Numbered from the stretch's first letter, positions 43,523 through 54,146 are shown. The stretch: 64,000 nucleotides of DNA from Pirellulales bacterium (GCA_040901675.1 JBBDYJ010000017.1:32001-96000), one strand, 5' to 3'. Numbers and translations: made by a program. The notes: a model not told the origin generated them from the letters alone.

Positions 43523-44494
43523 TTTCTTCCACGCGATCACCTCGCGAATGATGTCGCCCAGCCCATAGCGGGGGCGGTGCTCGATCGTCTGGCGCAGCCG
43601 AGAGAGATCGGGAACGCGGCAGCGGATGTCTTCGAAGTCGGGGCTGTAGGCCTCGGCATAGCTTTGGAATTCGATCGGCAGCGAGGGGTCGACCTCGGCG
43701 ATCACCTGCTGGGCCAACTCCAGAATGCTCACGGGCTGATCGCTGCCGATGTTGAAAACGCGGCCCAGGGCCGAGGGGGTCTGCATCAGCTCCAGCACGG
43801 CCTCGACCACGTCGGATACGTGGCCGAAACAGCGGACCTGGCGCCCGTCGTCGTGGACCACGAGAGGGCGGCCGGCCAGGGCGGCGTCGACGAAGCGGGG
43901 CAGCACCATGCCGTAGCGGCCGGTCTGGCGCGGGCCTACGACGTTGAAAAAACGGCCGATGACCACTTCCAGGCCGTGCTCGCGCCAGTGCGCCAGGGCC
44001 AGGAACTCGTCGACCGCCTTCGAGACGCCATACGACCAGCGGGCCCGCGTGGTGGGGCCGAACACCAGGTCGTCGTCTTCGGTCCAGGTCGGCTTGGCGT
44101 TCTTGCCGTAGACTTCGCTGGTGCTGGCCAGAAAAAGCCGTATCGAATGGCCCCGCTGGTGCTCGGCGCGCAGCGCGCCGAGCAACAGCTCGGTGGGATA
44201 GATGTTGGTCTCGATGGTGCGGATCGGATTGCTGGCGATCAACTCAACGCCCACGGCGGCGGCGAGGTGGTAGACCTGGTCGGCATCGGCCACGAGCCGC
44301 CGCACCAGATCGGCCTCGGCCACCGAGCCGGCGACGTAGGTAAAGAGGGGGTGGGAGCGGATGGCCGCCAGGTTGTCGGCCGTGCCGGTCGACTCGTCGT
44401 CGACGACCGTGACGTGGCGTCCGCGCTCGATGAGCGCCTCGGCCAGATGGCTGCCGATGAAGCCCGCGCCGCCGGTGATCAGCACGTGTGCCAC
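43484..44494 (-). CDS. NAD-dependent nucleotide-sugar epimerase/dehydratase (extended SDR)
   Basis: LITGGAGFIGSHL, HLAA, ASTSEVYG, YGVSK (YxxxK), RFFNVVGPRQ. Confidence 0.95.
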   Translation of the reverse strand: MAHVLITGGAGFIGSHLAEALIERGRHVTVVDDESTGTADNLAAIRSHPLFTYVAGSVAEADLVRRLVADADQVYHLAAAVGVELIASNPIRTIETNIYPTELLLGALRAEHQRGHSIRLFLASTSEVYGKNAKPTWTEDDDLVFGPTTRARWSYGVSKAVDEFLALAHWREHGLEVVIGRFFNVVGPRQTGRYGMVLPRFVDAALAGRPLVVHDDGRQVRCFGHVSDVVEAVLELMQTPSALGRVFNIGSDQPVSILELAQQVIAEVDPSLPIEFQSYAEAYSPDFEDIRCRVPDLSRLRQTIEHRPRYGLGDIIREVIAWKKRRKEEGGRKKEE

Positions 44495-44504
44495 AATCGC
44501 CAGC

Positions 44505-45599
44505 TTAATCCAAGCGCCGGCCGGGCGAAACCTTGTCGGGCGGGCGGAAGCTGACGTCGGGCTCGGCCTTGTGCCCGGGGCCCTGGATCGGCGGCTTGGG
44601 CGGGTGGCCGCGGCGCGCGGCGATGATCGAGGCGGCGATGGAGATGCCCAACAGTGCTATGACGACCAGCAGCGAGAACCAGGGGGGCGGTTTCACGATC
44701 CATTGCTGGACCCAGGGGACCGGCATGCCGACGGCATTGAGGAACCAGGCAGGTGGTTGTTCAAACCACGCCGCCAGCATCTTGAAGCCGACGTAGACCA
44801 GGATGGCGCTGAGCCCGTACCGCAGGTAGCGGAACATGTCCATCACGCCGGCCAGCAGGAAGTAGAGCGCCCGCAGACCCAGGATGGCAAAGATGTTGGA
44901 GGTAAAAACGATGTACGGGTCCTGGGTAATCCCGAAGATGGCCGGCACGCTGTCGACGGCAAAGGCCACGTCGGTGCTTTCGACCACCAGCAGCACCAGG
45001 AACAAGGGGGTGACCTTGCGGCGGCCATCCTCCACGACAAAGAAGCGCTGGCCATGGTTCTGCCGGGAAACGGGCAGCAGGCGGCGGGCCAATCGCAGCA
45101 CGATGCTGGCCTCGGGGTCGACGCTTTCATCGTGCCAGATCAGCTTGAAGCCGGTCCAGACCAGAAACGCCCCCAGGACATAGATGACCCAGTGGTACTG
45201 CTTGAGCACCGCGGCGCCGATCAGAATGAACGTCAGCCGCATGACGATCGCGCCCAGGATGCCCCAGAACAGGACCCGGTACTGGTATTTCTTGGGGACG
45301 CGAAAGAAGCTGAAGATCACCGCGAATACAAAGACGTTGTCCATCGACAACGACCATTCGACGATGTAGGCGGTCAGGAAATGGACCGCGTCGGGACCGC
45401 CGCGCTGGAGCCAGACCAGGAGATTGAAGCCCATGGCCAGGCTGAACCAGACCAGGGTCCAGATGGCCGCCTCCCGCAGCGTCGTTTCACGGGAGTGCTT
45501 ATGGAACACGCCCAGGTCCAAGACCAGCATGCTGACCACAAAGGCGGCAAAGGCCAACCAGTGCCAGTATTCGGCAAACCAGGCGAGGACTTGATCCAA
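44505..45599 (-). CDS. TerC/Alx family membrane protein
   Basis: LDLG, YIVEWSLSMDNVFVF, QYRVLFWGILGAIVMR, DVAFAVDSVPAI, TSNIFAILGLRALYF. Confidence 0.95.
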   Translation of the reverse strand: MDQVLAWFAEYWHWLAFAAFVVSMLVLDLGVFHKHSRETTLREAAIWTLVWFSLAMGFNLLVWLQRGGPDAVHFLTAYIVEWSLSMDNVFVFAVIFSFFRVPKKYQYRVLFWGILGAIVMRLTFILIGAAVLKQYHWVIYVLGAFLVWTGFKLIWHDESVDPEASIVLRLARRLLPVSRQNHGQRFFVVEDGRRKVTPLFLVLLVVESTDVAFAVDSVPAIFGITQDPYIVFTSNIFAILGLRALYFLLAGVMDMFRYLRYGLSAILVYVGFKMLAAWFEQPPAWFLNAVGMPVPWVQQWIVKPPPWFSLLVVIALLGISIAASIIAARRGHPPKPPIQGPGHKAEPDVSFRPPDKVSPGRRLD

Positions 45600-45826
45600 G
45601 ATTTTGTCTTTGAGCGGGTTCGTTCGGACGGAAACCAGCCGCCGAGCGCGGCGGAGTCTGCGTCATCATAGAAAGGGGGCTGGATTTGGGCAACCGGCCT
45701 GCCGGCGGGGCTCGGGAGGCCCCAAAATTGCTTTTTGGCTGGAAAACGCGCCCGGCAAGTGAAATAATTACTGCCAGGCTCCGCCGTGACGCCGCCGGAA
45801 CTGAGACACCCTCGAGAGGTACATGA

Positions 45827-48800
45827 ATGAAGGCCGGTTTCCTGGCCCGATGTGTGCTTTACGCGCTGCCGGCCTTGCCCATTTGCTGGTTGCTGGCCGG
45901 TGGACAACCCGGCGGGCCGGCTGAGGCGGCCGCCCAGCAGGCAAGCGACGCGGCCACGCGGCAATATGCGGCGGCGGCCGCCCTGCAAAACCGCGAACAG
46001 TACGAGCTGGCCGCGGAAGAATGGGCTTCGTTTCTCGGCGACTTTCCCTCCGACGAGCGCGCGGGCCGCGCCCAGCACTACCTGGGCATCTGCCACCTGA
46101 AGAACAAGGAGTACGAAGCGGCACTGGCGGCCTTCGAAAAAGTCATTGCCGACTATCCCGAGACCGACCTCTTGTCGTCGACCCACCTGCACCTGGGATT
46201 GACGCACTACAACCTGGCCGTGGCGGGCCGCAAGCCGTTGTACGACAAGGCGCTCGCGACGTTCGCCGCCTTGCTCGATCGCTATCCCGAGAGCAAGGAG
46301 GCGGCCCAGGCCCGCTTCTACTCGGGAGAATCGCTCTATGCGCAAGGCAAGAAACCGCAAGCGGTCTCGAAATATCGCGAGCTGATCGACAAGCACCCTG
46401 ACGACCCGCTGGTGGACGACGCCCTGTACGCCATGGGCGTCGCCCAGGAGGAGCTGGGTGAGGCCGCGGCAGCGGGAGCGACGTACGACGCTTATCTGAA
46501 GCGCTTCGCGGACGAAGCGCTGGCGGCGGAAGTCGGGTTGCGGCGGGGCGAGACGCTGGCCGCACAGGGCCAATTGGAGGCGGCGGAGAAATGGTTTGCC
46601 GCGGCGGCGGCCAAACCAGGGTTTTCCCTGGCCGACCTGGCGCTGATGCGGCAGGCGGCCACGTTGTACGAGCGGCGTCAGTATGCCGAGGCGGCCGAGG
46701 TATATGCTTCGCTGCCGCAAAAGTTTGCCCGCTCGAAGCACACGGGGGCGGCCGGCCTTGCGGCGGGCAAGTGCCTGTACCTGGCCGGCAGTTTTGCGGA
46801 AGCCCGGCAGGCGCTGACCAAGGTGGTTCTCGAAGGCGGGCAGGAAGCGCTGGAGGCCGCTCATTGGCTGGCGCGCAGCCATCTGAAGGAAGGCCAGCCG
46901 GACGAAGCGTTGCGGATCGCCACGGCCGCGATTGCCAAGGCGGCTGACAGTCCCCTGGCGGCCAGCTTGGAAATGGACCGGGCCGACGCCTTGTACGAGA
47001 TACCGCAGCGGCGGCCGGAATCGGCGGCGCTCTACGCCGCACTGGCCGACAGGCATCCCGACGACGCGCTGGCTCCCCAGGCCTTGTACATGGCGTCGTT
47101 CGCGGCCTTGGGGGCGGGGCAGCACGAGGCGGCCCTGGTCCACGCCGTGAAATTCATGAGGCGTTTTGCCGATCACGAGCTGACCGCGGACGTGACGTAC
47201 GTGGCCGCCGAGAGTTATCTGCAATTGGGCAAATACCCGGAATCGGGGCGGCTCTACAAGCACTTGTTGGACAAGTTCCCCAAGCACGCGGAGACGCCTA
47301 CCTGGCAGGTGCGCCGCGGGCTGGCGTTGTACTTAGACAAGCAGCATGGCCAGGCCATCGAGGCCCTGGCCGCGGCGTTGCCGGCGCTGGGCTCGACCGA
47401 GCTGGCCGCCGAAGCGCATTACGTGATCGGCAGCAGCCAGAATGAGCTGGGGCGGTTCGAGGAGGCTGCGCGGTCGCTTGACCAGTCGTTGAAGGTCGAT
47501 CCCAACTGGCGTCAGGCCGACGAGGCGCTGTTGGGCCTGGCGTATGCCAGGAGGCAGTTGAACGACTTGAGCCAGGCGCGGGCGCTGCTCGAACAGTTGA
47601 TCGCCCGCTTTCCGAACAGCCGCGTGCTCGACCGGGCTCATTACCGACTGGGTGAATACGCGTATGCCGCCGGAGACTACGCGGCCGCGGCCGCCGAGTA
47701 TCGCCGGGTGATCGACGACTTCGGCGACAGCCCGCTGGCATTGCAGGCCGTCTACGCGCTGGGCTGGACGCAGAACAGCCAGCACGATTACGAGGCCGCG
47801 GAGGATACTTTCGACATCTTACTGGCCGGGCAGCCGCCGGCAGAGCTGGCAGGGCGGACGCGTTACGCGCGCGGACTGGCTCGCCAGCAACTCAAGCGGT
47901 ATGCCGCGGCGATCGACGACCTGCAGACGTTTTTGAGGGATCATCCGGGCGCGGCCGAGAAGTCCGACGCGCGCTACGTGCTGGCTTTGTGCCAGGTCGG
48001 GATCGAAAAGCCCAATGAAGCGGTGGCCACATTGCGGCGGCTGCTGGACGACGATCCCCGGTATTCCGGGGCCGACAAAGTTCTCTACGAGTTGGGCTGG
48101 GCGCTGGAGTCGTTGAACGATTCCGAAGCGGCCGCCGAGGCCTTTACCCGGCTGGCGGCCGAGCACGGCGACAGTCCGCTGGCGGCCGAAGCCCGCTATC
48201 ACGTGGCCGAGGCCCGCTACGAGGAGGGCGATTTCAAGCAGGCAGCCTCGGCGTATTACGCGGCCATGCAAGCGGCCGGCAAGTCGGAGCTCGCCGAGAA
48301 AGCGGCCCACAAGCTGGGCTGGTCGTTCTTCAAGCAGGACCAGTTCGACAAGGCGCAGCAGGCGTTCGCCTATCAGCGGGCCACGTGGCCGCAAGGCGGC
48401 CTGGCGGCCGACGGGGCTTTCATGGAGGCGGAGTCGCTGTTCAAGCAGGGCAAGTTCGACGAGGCATCGGCTGCCTACGGGCAGGTGGGCAGCGGCGCCA
48501 GCAAGGATTTTTCGGTGCTGGCCCTGTTGCACGCCGGCCAGGCGGCCGGGCAACTGAAGCAGTGGGAGAAGAGCCTGGAACTGCTCAAGCGGGCGGCCGC
48601 CGAACACCGCGACTCCGAGTACATTCCCGAAATCCTCTACGAGCAAGGCTGGGCGCTAAAGAACCTCGACCGGCTCGACGAGGCGATGCAGGCGTTCGAG
48701 GCGGCCACGGCCAAAACCGACCGCGAGGTCGCCGCCCGGGCCCGCTTCATGGTCGGCGAGATCCATTTCGAGAACAAGAATCACGCCGAGGCGGTCCGCA

Positions 48801-48994
48801 ACTTCTTCAAGGTGGCTTACGGCTACAGCTACCCGACGTGGCAGGCCAACGCACACTACGAGGCCGGACGATGCTTCGAGGTGCTGCGCAAGAACGACCA
48901 GGCCCAGAAGAGTTACCAGGAAGTGGTCGACAAGTTCCCCGACAGCGACAAGGCGGCCCTGGCCAAAGAGCGGCTGGCGGCCCTGAAAAGCTAA
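45827..48994 (+). CDS. Large periplasmic TPR protein (CpoB/BamD-like repeats)
   Basis: Signal peptide; >20 repeats of type AQARFYSGESLYAQGK..A...Y..LI..HP. Confidence 0.9.
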   Translation: MKAGFLARCVLYALPALPICWLLAGGQPGGPAEAAAQQASDAATRQYAAAAALQNREQYELAAEEWASFLGDFPSDERAGRAQHYLGICHLKNKEYEAALAAFEKVIADYPETDLLSSTHLHLGLTHYNLAVAGRKPLYDKALATFAALLDRYPESKEAAQARFYSGESLYAQGKKPQAVSKYRELIDKHPDDPLVDDALYAMGVAQEELGEAAAAGATYDAYLKRFADEALAAEVGLRRGETLAAQGQLEAAEKWFAAAAAKPGFSLADLALMRQAATLYERRQYAEAAEVYASLPQKFARSKHTGAAGLAAGKCLYLAGSFAEARQALTKVVLEGGQEALEAAHWLARSHLKEGQPDEALRIATAAIAKAADSPLAASLEMDRADALYEIPQRRPESAALYAALADRHPDDALAPQALYMASFAALGAGQHEAALVHAVKFMRRFADHELTADVTYVAAESYLQLGKYPESGRLYKHLLDKFPKHAETPTWQVRRGLALYLDKQHGQAIEALAAALPALGSTELAAEAHYVIGSSQNELGRFEEAARSLDQSLKVDPNWRQADEALLGLAYARRQLNDLSQARALLEQLIARFPNSRVLDRAHYRLGEYAYAAGDYAAAAAEYRRVIDDFGDSPLALQAVYALGWTQNSQHDYEAAEDTFDILLAGQPPAELAGRTRYARGLARQQLKRYAAAIDDLQTFLRDHPGAAEKSDARYVLALCQVGIEKPNEAVATLRRLLDDDPRYSGADKVLYELGWALESLNDSEAAAEAFTRLAAEHGDSPLAAEARYHVAEARYEEGDFKQAASAYYAAMQAAGKSELAEKAAHKLGWSFFKQDQFDKAQQAFAYQRATWPQGGLAADGAFMEAESLFKQGKFDEASAAYGQVGSGASKDFSVLALLHAGQAAGQLKQWEKSLELLKRAAAEHRDSEYIPEILYEQGWALKNLDRLDEAMQAFEAATAKTDREVAARARFMVGEIHFENKNHAEAVRNFFKVAYGYSYPTWQANAHYEAGRCFEVLRKNDQAQKSYQEVVDKFPDSDKAALAKERLAALKS

Positions 48995-49006
48995 TTGAGG
49001 TACACC

Positions 49007-50047
49007 ATGCTCGGCGCGCCATCTCGGCGGATGAATCTGTGGAGTCGCGTGTCACGTGCCGTGCCGGTATGGGCCGCCGTATTGCTGGCGCTCGGCTTGA
49101 CGATGCCGGCCATCGCCCAGGAGCTGCCCGGCGGCGAGGGAGGCGCGGGCGCTGCCGGCCGGACGGCGGCGGAAGGCGCCGGCGATGCGGAGGGCATGGA
49201 CGAGGCCCAGCGGCTGGCCGAGCAGGCGCTGGCCGCGGAACCACCGGCCGAGGCAGCCCCCGTGGCGCCTTCGCTCGCGAAAGTGCCCTCGATGAACCTG
49301 CTCGAGCTGGCGGTGGCGGGCGGGCCGCTGATGGTGCCCATCCTCTTGATGTCGATCGTGTTGGTGCTGTTTGCCTTCGAGCGGTGGGTCGGTCTGCGGC
49401 GCAGAAAGACGATACCGCCCGCATTGGTCAAGGCACTGGGGGAGCTGTCGAGTCGTCAAGGCGGCCTCGATCCGCGGCAGGCTTACCGGCTTTGCCAGCA
49501 ACACCCTTCGGCCGCGGCCAACGTGTTTCGATCGGTGCTGTTGAAGGTGGGCCGGCCGCACTCCGAGGTGGAGCACACGATGGTCGAGGCGAGCGAGCGC
49601 GAGGCGGCCCGGCTCTACAAGAACGTGCGTCCGATCGAGCTGGCGATCACCGTGACGCCGCTGCTGGGTTTGCTGGGGACGGTGCAGGGGATGATCCAGG
49701 CGTTCTACGTGACGGCCAACATGCCGACCAACGTGAACAAGGCGGAGAACCTGGCCAACGGCATCTACGTGGCCCTGGTGACGACGTTTGCCGGGCTCTC
49801 GGTGGCCATACCGGCGGCGGTGCTGGCGCATTATTTCGAGGGGCGAATTCAATCGCTGTTCCGCGACGTGGACGAGTTCCTGGTCGGCCTGCTGCCCCAG
49901 CTCGAGCGATTCGAGGGGAAGCTGCGGGTCCACCGGCATGGTCCATCGGGCGTCAGCCAGGCGGAGTTGGAAAGCGTCCAGCCGCCGGCGGGAAAGGTGG
50001 AAGAAACCAGTCCGAGCAGGGTGGGGAGCGCCGAGGGCGTGAACTGA
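49007..50047 (+). CDS. exbB: MotA/TolQ/ExbB proton-channel protein
   Basis: GGPLMVPI, TPLLGLLGTVQGMIQAF, GIYVALVTTFAGLSVAIPA. Confidence 0.93.
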   Translation: MLGAPSRRMNLWSRVSRAVPVWAAVLLALGLTMPAIAQELPGGEGGAGAAGRTAAEGAGDAEGMDEAQRLAEQALAAEPPAEAAPVAPSLAKVPSMNLLELAVAGGPLMVPILLMSIVLVLFAFERWVGLRRRKTIPPALVKALGELSSRQGGLDPRQAYRLCQQHPSAAANVFRSVLLKVGRPHSEVEHTMVEASEREAARLYKNVRPIELAITVTPLLGLLGTVQGMIQAFYVTANMPTNVNKAENLANGIYVALVTTFAGLSVAIPAAVLAHYFEGRIQSLFRDVDEFLVGLLPQLERFEGKLRVHRHGPSGVSQAELESVQPPAGKVEETSPSRVGSAEGVN

Positions 50048-50048
50048 C

Positions 50049-50480
50049 ATGTCGGTCAGAATCCGCAAATCGACCGCGCTGGGGAAGCTGAACCTGACGC
50101 CGATGATCGACATCGTGTTTTTGCTGTTGATCTTCTTTCTCGTGGCCACCCGCTTCGAGGAGCAGGAGCGCGAGCTGGACGTGGTGTTGCCGCAGGCCAG
50201 CGAAGCCCGGCCCCTCACCTCGCGTCCCAGGGAATTGTTCGTCAACGTGGACCAGCATGGACGATACGTGGTCAACGGCGAACAGCTCAACGAGGCGGCA
50301 CTGCTGGGGACTTTACTGCAAGCGGCGGCCGATAACCCGGGGCGGCAGACCGTGATCATCAGGGGCGACAAGCGGTGCGCGTTGGAGTCGGTGGTGGTGG
50401 TGATGAACCTGTGCAACAGGGCGAATATCCGCGATTATCGGCTGACCACGGCCGAGTTGCCGCAACAGCGAAGTATGTGA
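50049..50480 (+). CDS. exbD: ExbD/TolR biopolymer transport protein
   Basis: NLTPMIDIVFLLLIFFLV (essential Asp), LPQA, VIIRGD. Confidence 0.95.
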   Translation: MSVRIRKSTALGKLNLTPMIDIVFLLLIFFLVATRFEEQERELDVVLPQASEARPLTSRPRELFVNVDQHGRYVVNGEQLNEAALLGTLLQAAADNPGRQTVIIRGDKRCALESVVVVMNLCNRANIRDYRLTTAELPQQRSM

Positions 50481-50483
50481 CCC

Positions 50484-53400
50484 ATGTCCCCGCTTCCAAA
50501 GCCCGGCAAGCAGACGGTTCGCAAATTCGAGCCGGCACGCCCGCCCGGCCAGCATCCCAACTGGGACGAGCAGCTCTGGCCGGTGAACCTGGGCCTGGTG
50601 GTCCTGGCCGGCGCGGCGGCGGCCATTGTCGCCACGCACGGCGATTTCCAAGCCCGCACGCCGTGGCAGAACGGCTGGCTGCACCTGGGAGTGCTCGGCG
50701 CCATCATGGCCGTGCTGGCCTGGGGCATGGCGCGGCTCGAAGGGCGAGTCCACCGCCGCGTGCAGTTGGGCGTGCTGTTCAGTCTCCTGGTACACGTGGG
50801 GCTGTGCCTGCTCACGTACCACGTGTACCTGGGGATCGCGGCGCGCCAGGAGACCGAGACCGAGCTGGCCCTGGACGATCCGCAGATCGTCACGCTGCCC
50901 GAGTACCGCTGGCAACAGGACCTCGACCAGGTCGTCCAGGACGAGTCGCTCGAGGCGCCGATTGAAACCGAGATCCCGGACACCGAGCCGCTCGATATCG
51001 ACCGGACCCAGACCGACACCATGCCGGCCGAGCGGCAGCCGGATCAGGAATCGGCGGCGGCCGAGCTGACGCCCGCCGACGTTGCCATCGAGCGGGCGGA
51101 GCTGGCCGCGCCGCACCGCAGCGAGCGGCTGGCGGGCAGCGAAATCAGCCGCCAGGAGCTGGAAGCGCCCCAGCCGGTCGAGGACGTGCCGATGCCGCAG
51201 ATCGAGCAGGCGGCCGAGCGATCCGGCGAGCTCGACGACCGGGTGCAAGTCGACCAGCGCCGGGCCGAGCTGGCCATTGAGCGCCCGGACGCGGGGCAAG
51301 AAGCGCCCGCAGCGAGCGCCCGCCGTCCCGCGCCGGCTGTCGAGCGGCTGCAGGGCTCCCTCGAGCCGCGCTTGCCCGATAGCGTGCGGCCGGCCAATCG
51401 GCGATCGGCGGCCCCGGCCGAGGCAACGGCAACCCGCGTCGATCGGCCTGAGCCCGCACCGGCCGCGGTAGAACCACGTGTAACGAGGCCGGAGCCGTCG
51501 GTCGACACGCTGGCCCGCCGCGCGGCCAGCGCGCCTGAGCGGTCGGCGCCAGTCGACATGGGCGACTCGTCCGCAAACTCCCAGTCGCAGCCGTTCGAGC
51601 CCCGCCGCGCGGTGGAAGCGCCGGCGCCTTCGACGCAAGCGCGGACAGACCAGCGATCGGCTAGAGCGCCCAGCCGTGCCGCCGCCAACGCGGCCCGGAT
51701 TGAAATCGAGGCCCCGGCCACCGCCGAGTCGACCGCGGATCCGGCGACGGCCCGGCCCGCGCCGACAGCCATCGCGAGAGCCGGAGATGGAGCGGCCGGA
51801 GTGACACGGCAAGACAACCTTGACCGTGAACCGGCGGGCGGCGAGTCGCGCCGCGCGGCGATTGCCTCGGCCGCCCGGCGAGCGCAGGCCAGCCGACAGG
51901 ACGAAGCCGACGAGAGCGACAGTGCCAGTATGCCGGCTCGCATCGCCCGCGCACGGGCGGGCGCCGACCTGCCGAGCGCTACGCTGAGTGCCGAAGAAGT
52001 GACGCTGCCCGATGCGGCCGGCGCCCGCCGCACCAGTCCGGTCGAGGCCAGCACGAGCGCCGCGGTCGAACGCCGCGCGTCCAGTGCCCCTGCCGGCCGC
52101 GTGACGGCAGAGACGGGCAGCGCGCAGGTCGACACGGGGCTGCCGCAGATCGCCTCGCCGGTGGCCGCCGGCGGCTCGCCGGGCGACGGAGAACCGACCA
52201 TCTCCGTCGCCGACAGCTCGCCGCGCTTGGCCCGGGCGGCCGGGCCGGCGGAGGCCGCCTCGGATGCGGCCGTCCCGCTGGAGGCGCCCGGCGGCGCCGC
52301 GCCTGGCTCGACGAGTCAGCCGGGAGCGACCGAGCCGGCGGCCGATGGTCCGGCGGTTGGTGAGCTTGAACGTGCGGCCGCTGCCGCGCCCGCCGGCAGC
52401 CGGCCCGCCGGTTCGGCCGCGCCGGACAATGCTTCAACCGGCGTCGCGGGAATCTCGATCGGACCTCGCCGCGTCGATACCGATGCCGACCCGGCGGGCA
52501 GCATCGGCGGCTCGCCGGCTTTGAGCCGGGCTCCGTCGGCGGCCGATGCGAATGCCGACGCGGTGGAGGTGGCTTCAACAGGAGCAGCGGGACAGCCCGG
52601 ACCCACCGATCCGGATGGCAATCCGCTCACCGCAAGCGGCACGGCGGAAGGAGCCGAAATTGCCGAGCCGGGCGGGCCCGCCTCAGACGATCGCACGCGA
52701 GCCCAGCGGCGCAGCGGCGGGCTGCCGGCGAGGATTGTGGCCCCGGCGGGACCCGGCGGCCTGGCGAAGGACACCCCGGGCAGCCTGGGGGTGCCAAGCC
52801 GCCGCGCGCGCCCTGAGAGCCCGCTGGTCCAGACCGATTTGGGGCGATTGATCCTGGAGCGCAGCGGCTCGACGCCCGCGGCTGAGGTGCGCGTGCAGGA
52901 CGCCGCAGTGCCCGGTTTGAAGCAGCGCGACCGGCTGGCGCGCGAGCAGTTGGCGCGCCAGCGAGGCGGCAGCGCCGGGTCGGAGCTGGCGGTCGAGCGA
53001 GGCCTGGAGTTCCTGGCACGGCACCAGAGCCCCGACGGCAGTTGGAGCCTGGAGAACTTCGGCCAGGGCAAGCCCGGATATCAAAACGCCGGAGCGGGGG
53101 AGATGCAATCGAACACGGCGGCCACGGGGCTGGCTCTGCTGGCATTTCTCGGGGCCGGTTATACCCACACCGACGGCAAGTACCGCGACGTGGTGGCCCG
53201 CGGAGTGAATAACCTTCTGGCCAACCAGCGCGACGACGGCGACCTGTTCGTGCCCCAGGACGAGCAGTCGAACCGCAACGTCTGGCTGTACAGTCATGGG
53301 ATTGCGTCGATCGCGCTGTGCGAAGCGTACGGGATGACCCGCGATCCGTTGCTCGAGGGGCCGGCGCAGCGCTCGCTCGACTTTATCGTCTGGGCCCAAA

Positions 53401-54035
53401 GCCCCAGCGAAGGCGGCTGGCGATACTACCCGCGGCAGGGGAGCGACACGTCGGTTTCCGGGTGGCAGTTGATGGCCTTGAAGAGCGGCGAGCTGGCGGG
53501 CCTGGCCGTCAGCGCCGAGTGCTATCAGCGCGTCGAGCGGTGGCTCGACGGGGCCCAGGCGCCGTCGAACCGGTCGCTGTACGCCTATCGGCCCAGGTCC
53601 GAGCAGCGGCACCAGCGCGAGCCAAGCCGCGTGATGACGGCCGAGGCGCTGTTGATGCGGCAGTACCTGGGGTGGAAGCGAGACAACCCGTACATGCTGG
53701 CCGGGGCCGATTACTTGCGCCGCAACCTGCCGCAATGGGAAGGGGGTGGCCGGCAGCGCGACTGCTACTACTGGTATTACGCCACGCAGGTCATGTTCCA
53801 GATGGGCTCCGACCATTGGCGCGACTGGAACGCCCGCCTGCGGCCCATCCTGACCGAGAGCCAGGTGAGCAGCGGGCCGTTGGCCGGCAGTTGGGATCCC
53901 GCGGGCTCCAGTGCCGACCGCTGGGGGCGCGAGGGGGGGCGGATCTACGTGACGGCGATGCACCTGTTGATCCTGGAGGTGTATTACCGCCACCTGCCGC
54001 TGTACCGCAATCTGCAGGATGAGGAGCAAGGGTAA
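50484..54035 (+). CDS. Membrane-anchored protein: TonB-like SxxxH anchor, long Pro/Ala/Glu linker, C-terminal prenyltransferase/terpene-cyclase-like alpha/alpha toroid
   Basis: GVLFSLLVHVGLCLL; ~700 aa low-complexity linker; GLEFLARHQSPDGSW, TGLALLAFLGAG, YSHGIASIALCEAYGMT, QSPSEGGWRY, YYWYYATQ, LEVYYRHLP; no catalytic DxDD recognised. Confidence 0.85.
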   Translation: MSPLPKPGKQTVRKFEPARPPGQHPNWDEQLWPVNLGLVVLAGAAAAIVATHGDFQARTPWQNGWLHLGVLGAIMAVLAWGMARLEGRVHRRVQLGVLFSLLVHVGLCLLTYHVYLGIAARQETETELALDDPQIVTLPEYRWQQDLDQVVQDESLEAPIETEIPDTEPLDIDRTQTDTMPAERQPDQESAAAELTPADVAIERAELAAPHRSERLAGSEISRQELEAPQPVEDVPMPQIEQAAERSGELDDRVQVDQRRAELAIERPDAGQEAPAASARRPAPAVERLQGSLEPRLPDSVRPANRRSAAPAEATATRVDRPEPAPAAVEPRVTRPEPSVDTLARRAASAPERSAPVDMGDSSANSQSQPFEPRRAVEAPAPSTQARTDQRSARAPSRAAANAARIEIEAPATAESTADPATARPAPTAIARAGDGAAGVTRQDNLDREPAGGESRRAAIASAARRAQASRQDEADESDSASMPARIARARAGADLPSATLSAEEVTLPDAAGARRTSPVEASTSAAVERRASSAPAGRVTAETGSAQVDTGLPQIASPVAAGGSPGDGEPTISVADSSPRLARAAGPAEAASDAAVPLEAPGGAAPGSTSQPGATEPAADGPAVGELERAAAAAPAGSRPAGSAAPDNASTGVAGISIGPRRVDTDADPAGSIGGSPALSRAPSAADANADAVEVASTGAAGQPGPTDPDGNPLTASGTAEGAEIAEPGGPASDDRTRAQRRSGGLPARIVAPAGPGGLAKDTPGSLGVPSRRARPESPLVQTDLGRLILERSGSTPAAEVRVQDAAVPGLKQRDRLAREQLARQRGGSAGSELAVERGLEFLARHQSPDGSWSLENFGQGKPGYQNAGAGEMQSNTAATGLALLAFLGAGYTHTDGKYRDVVARGVNNLLANQRDDGDLFVPQDEQSNRNVWLYSHGIASIALCEAYGMTRDPLLEGPAQRSLDFIVWAQSPSEGGWRYYPRQGSDTSVSGWQLMALKSGELAGLAVSAECYQRVERWLDGAQAPSNRSLYAYRPRSEQRHQREPSRVMTAEALLMRQYLGWKRDNPYMLAGADYLRRNLPQWEGGGRQRDCYYWYYATQVMFQMGSDHWRDWNARLRPILTESQVSSGPLAGSWDPAGSSADRWGREGGRIYVTAMHLLILEVYYRHLPLYRNLQDEEQG

Positions 54036-54046
54036 AGGAGGACGCA

Positions 54047-54114
54047 GTGGCTGAAATTCGCCAGAGTTCAGGCCCTTCGCTCTATCCAGCCAGAACTCTG
54101 GCAAGTCCTGCTAC
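54047..54114. repeat. Inverted REP doublet (REPIN-like), family D
   Basis: GTGGCTGAAATTCGCCAGAGTTCAGGC ... GCCAGAACTCTGGCAAGTCCTGCTAC; right half matches 43392-43417. Confidence 0.75.
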
Positions 54115-54146
54115 CTTAATGTCCTGCCTCCTTCGCCCGACCGCCG

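Noticed and set aside
50484..54035. Second squalene-hopene cyclase
   Set aside because: Only one barrel domain and no DxDD protonation motif recognised. The true shc is at 19874-22024.
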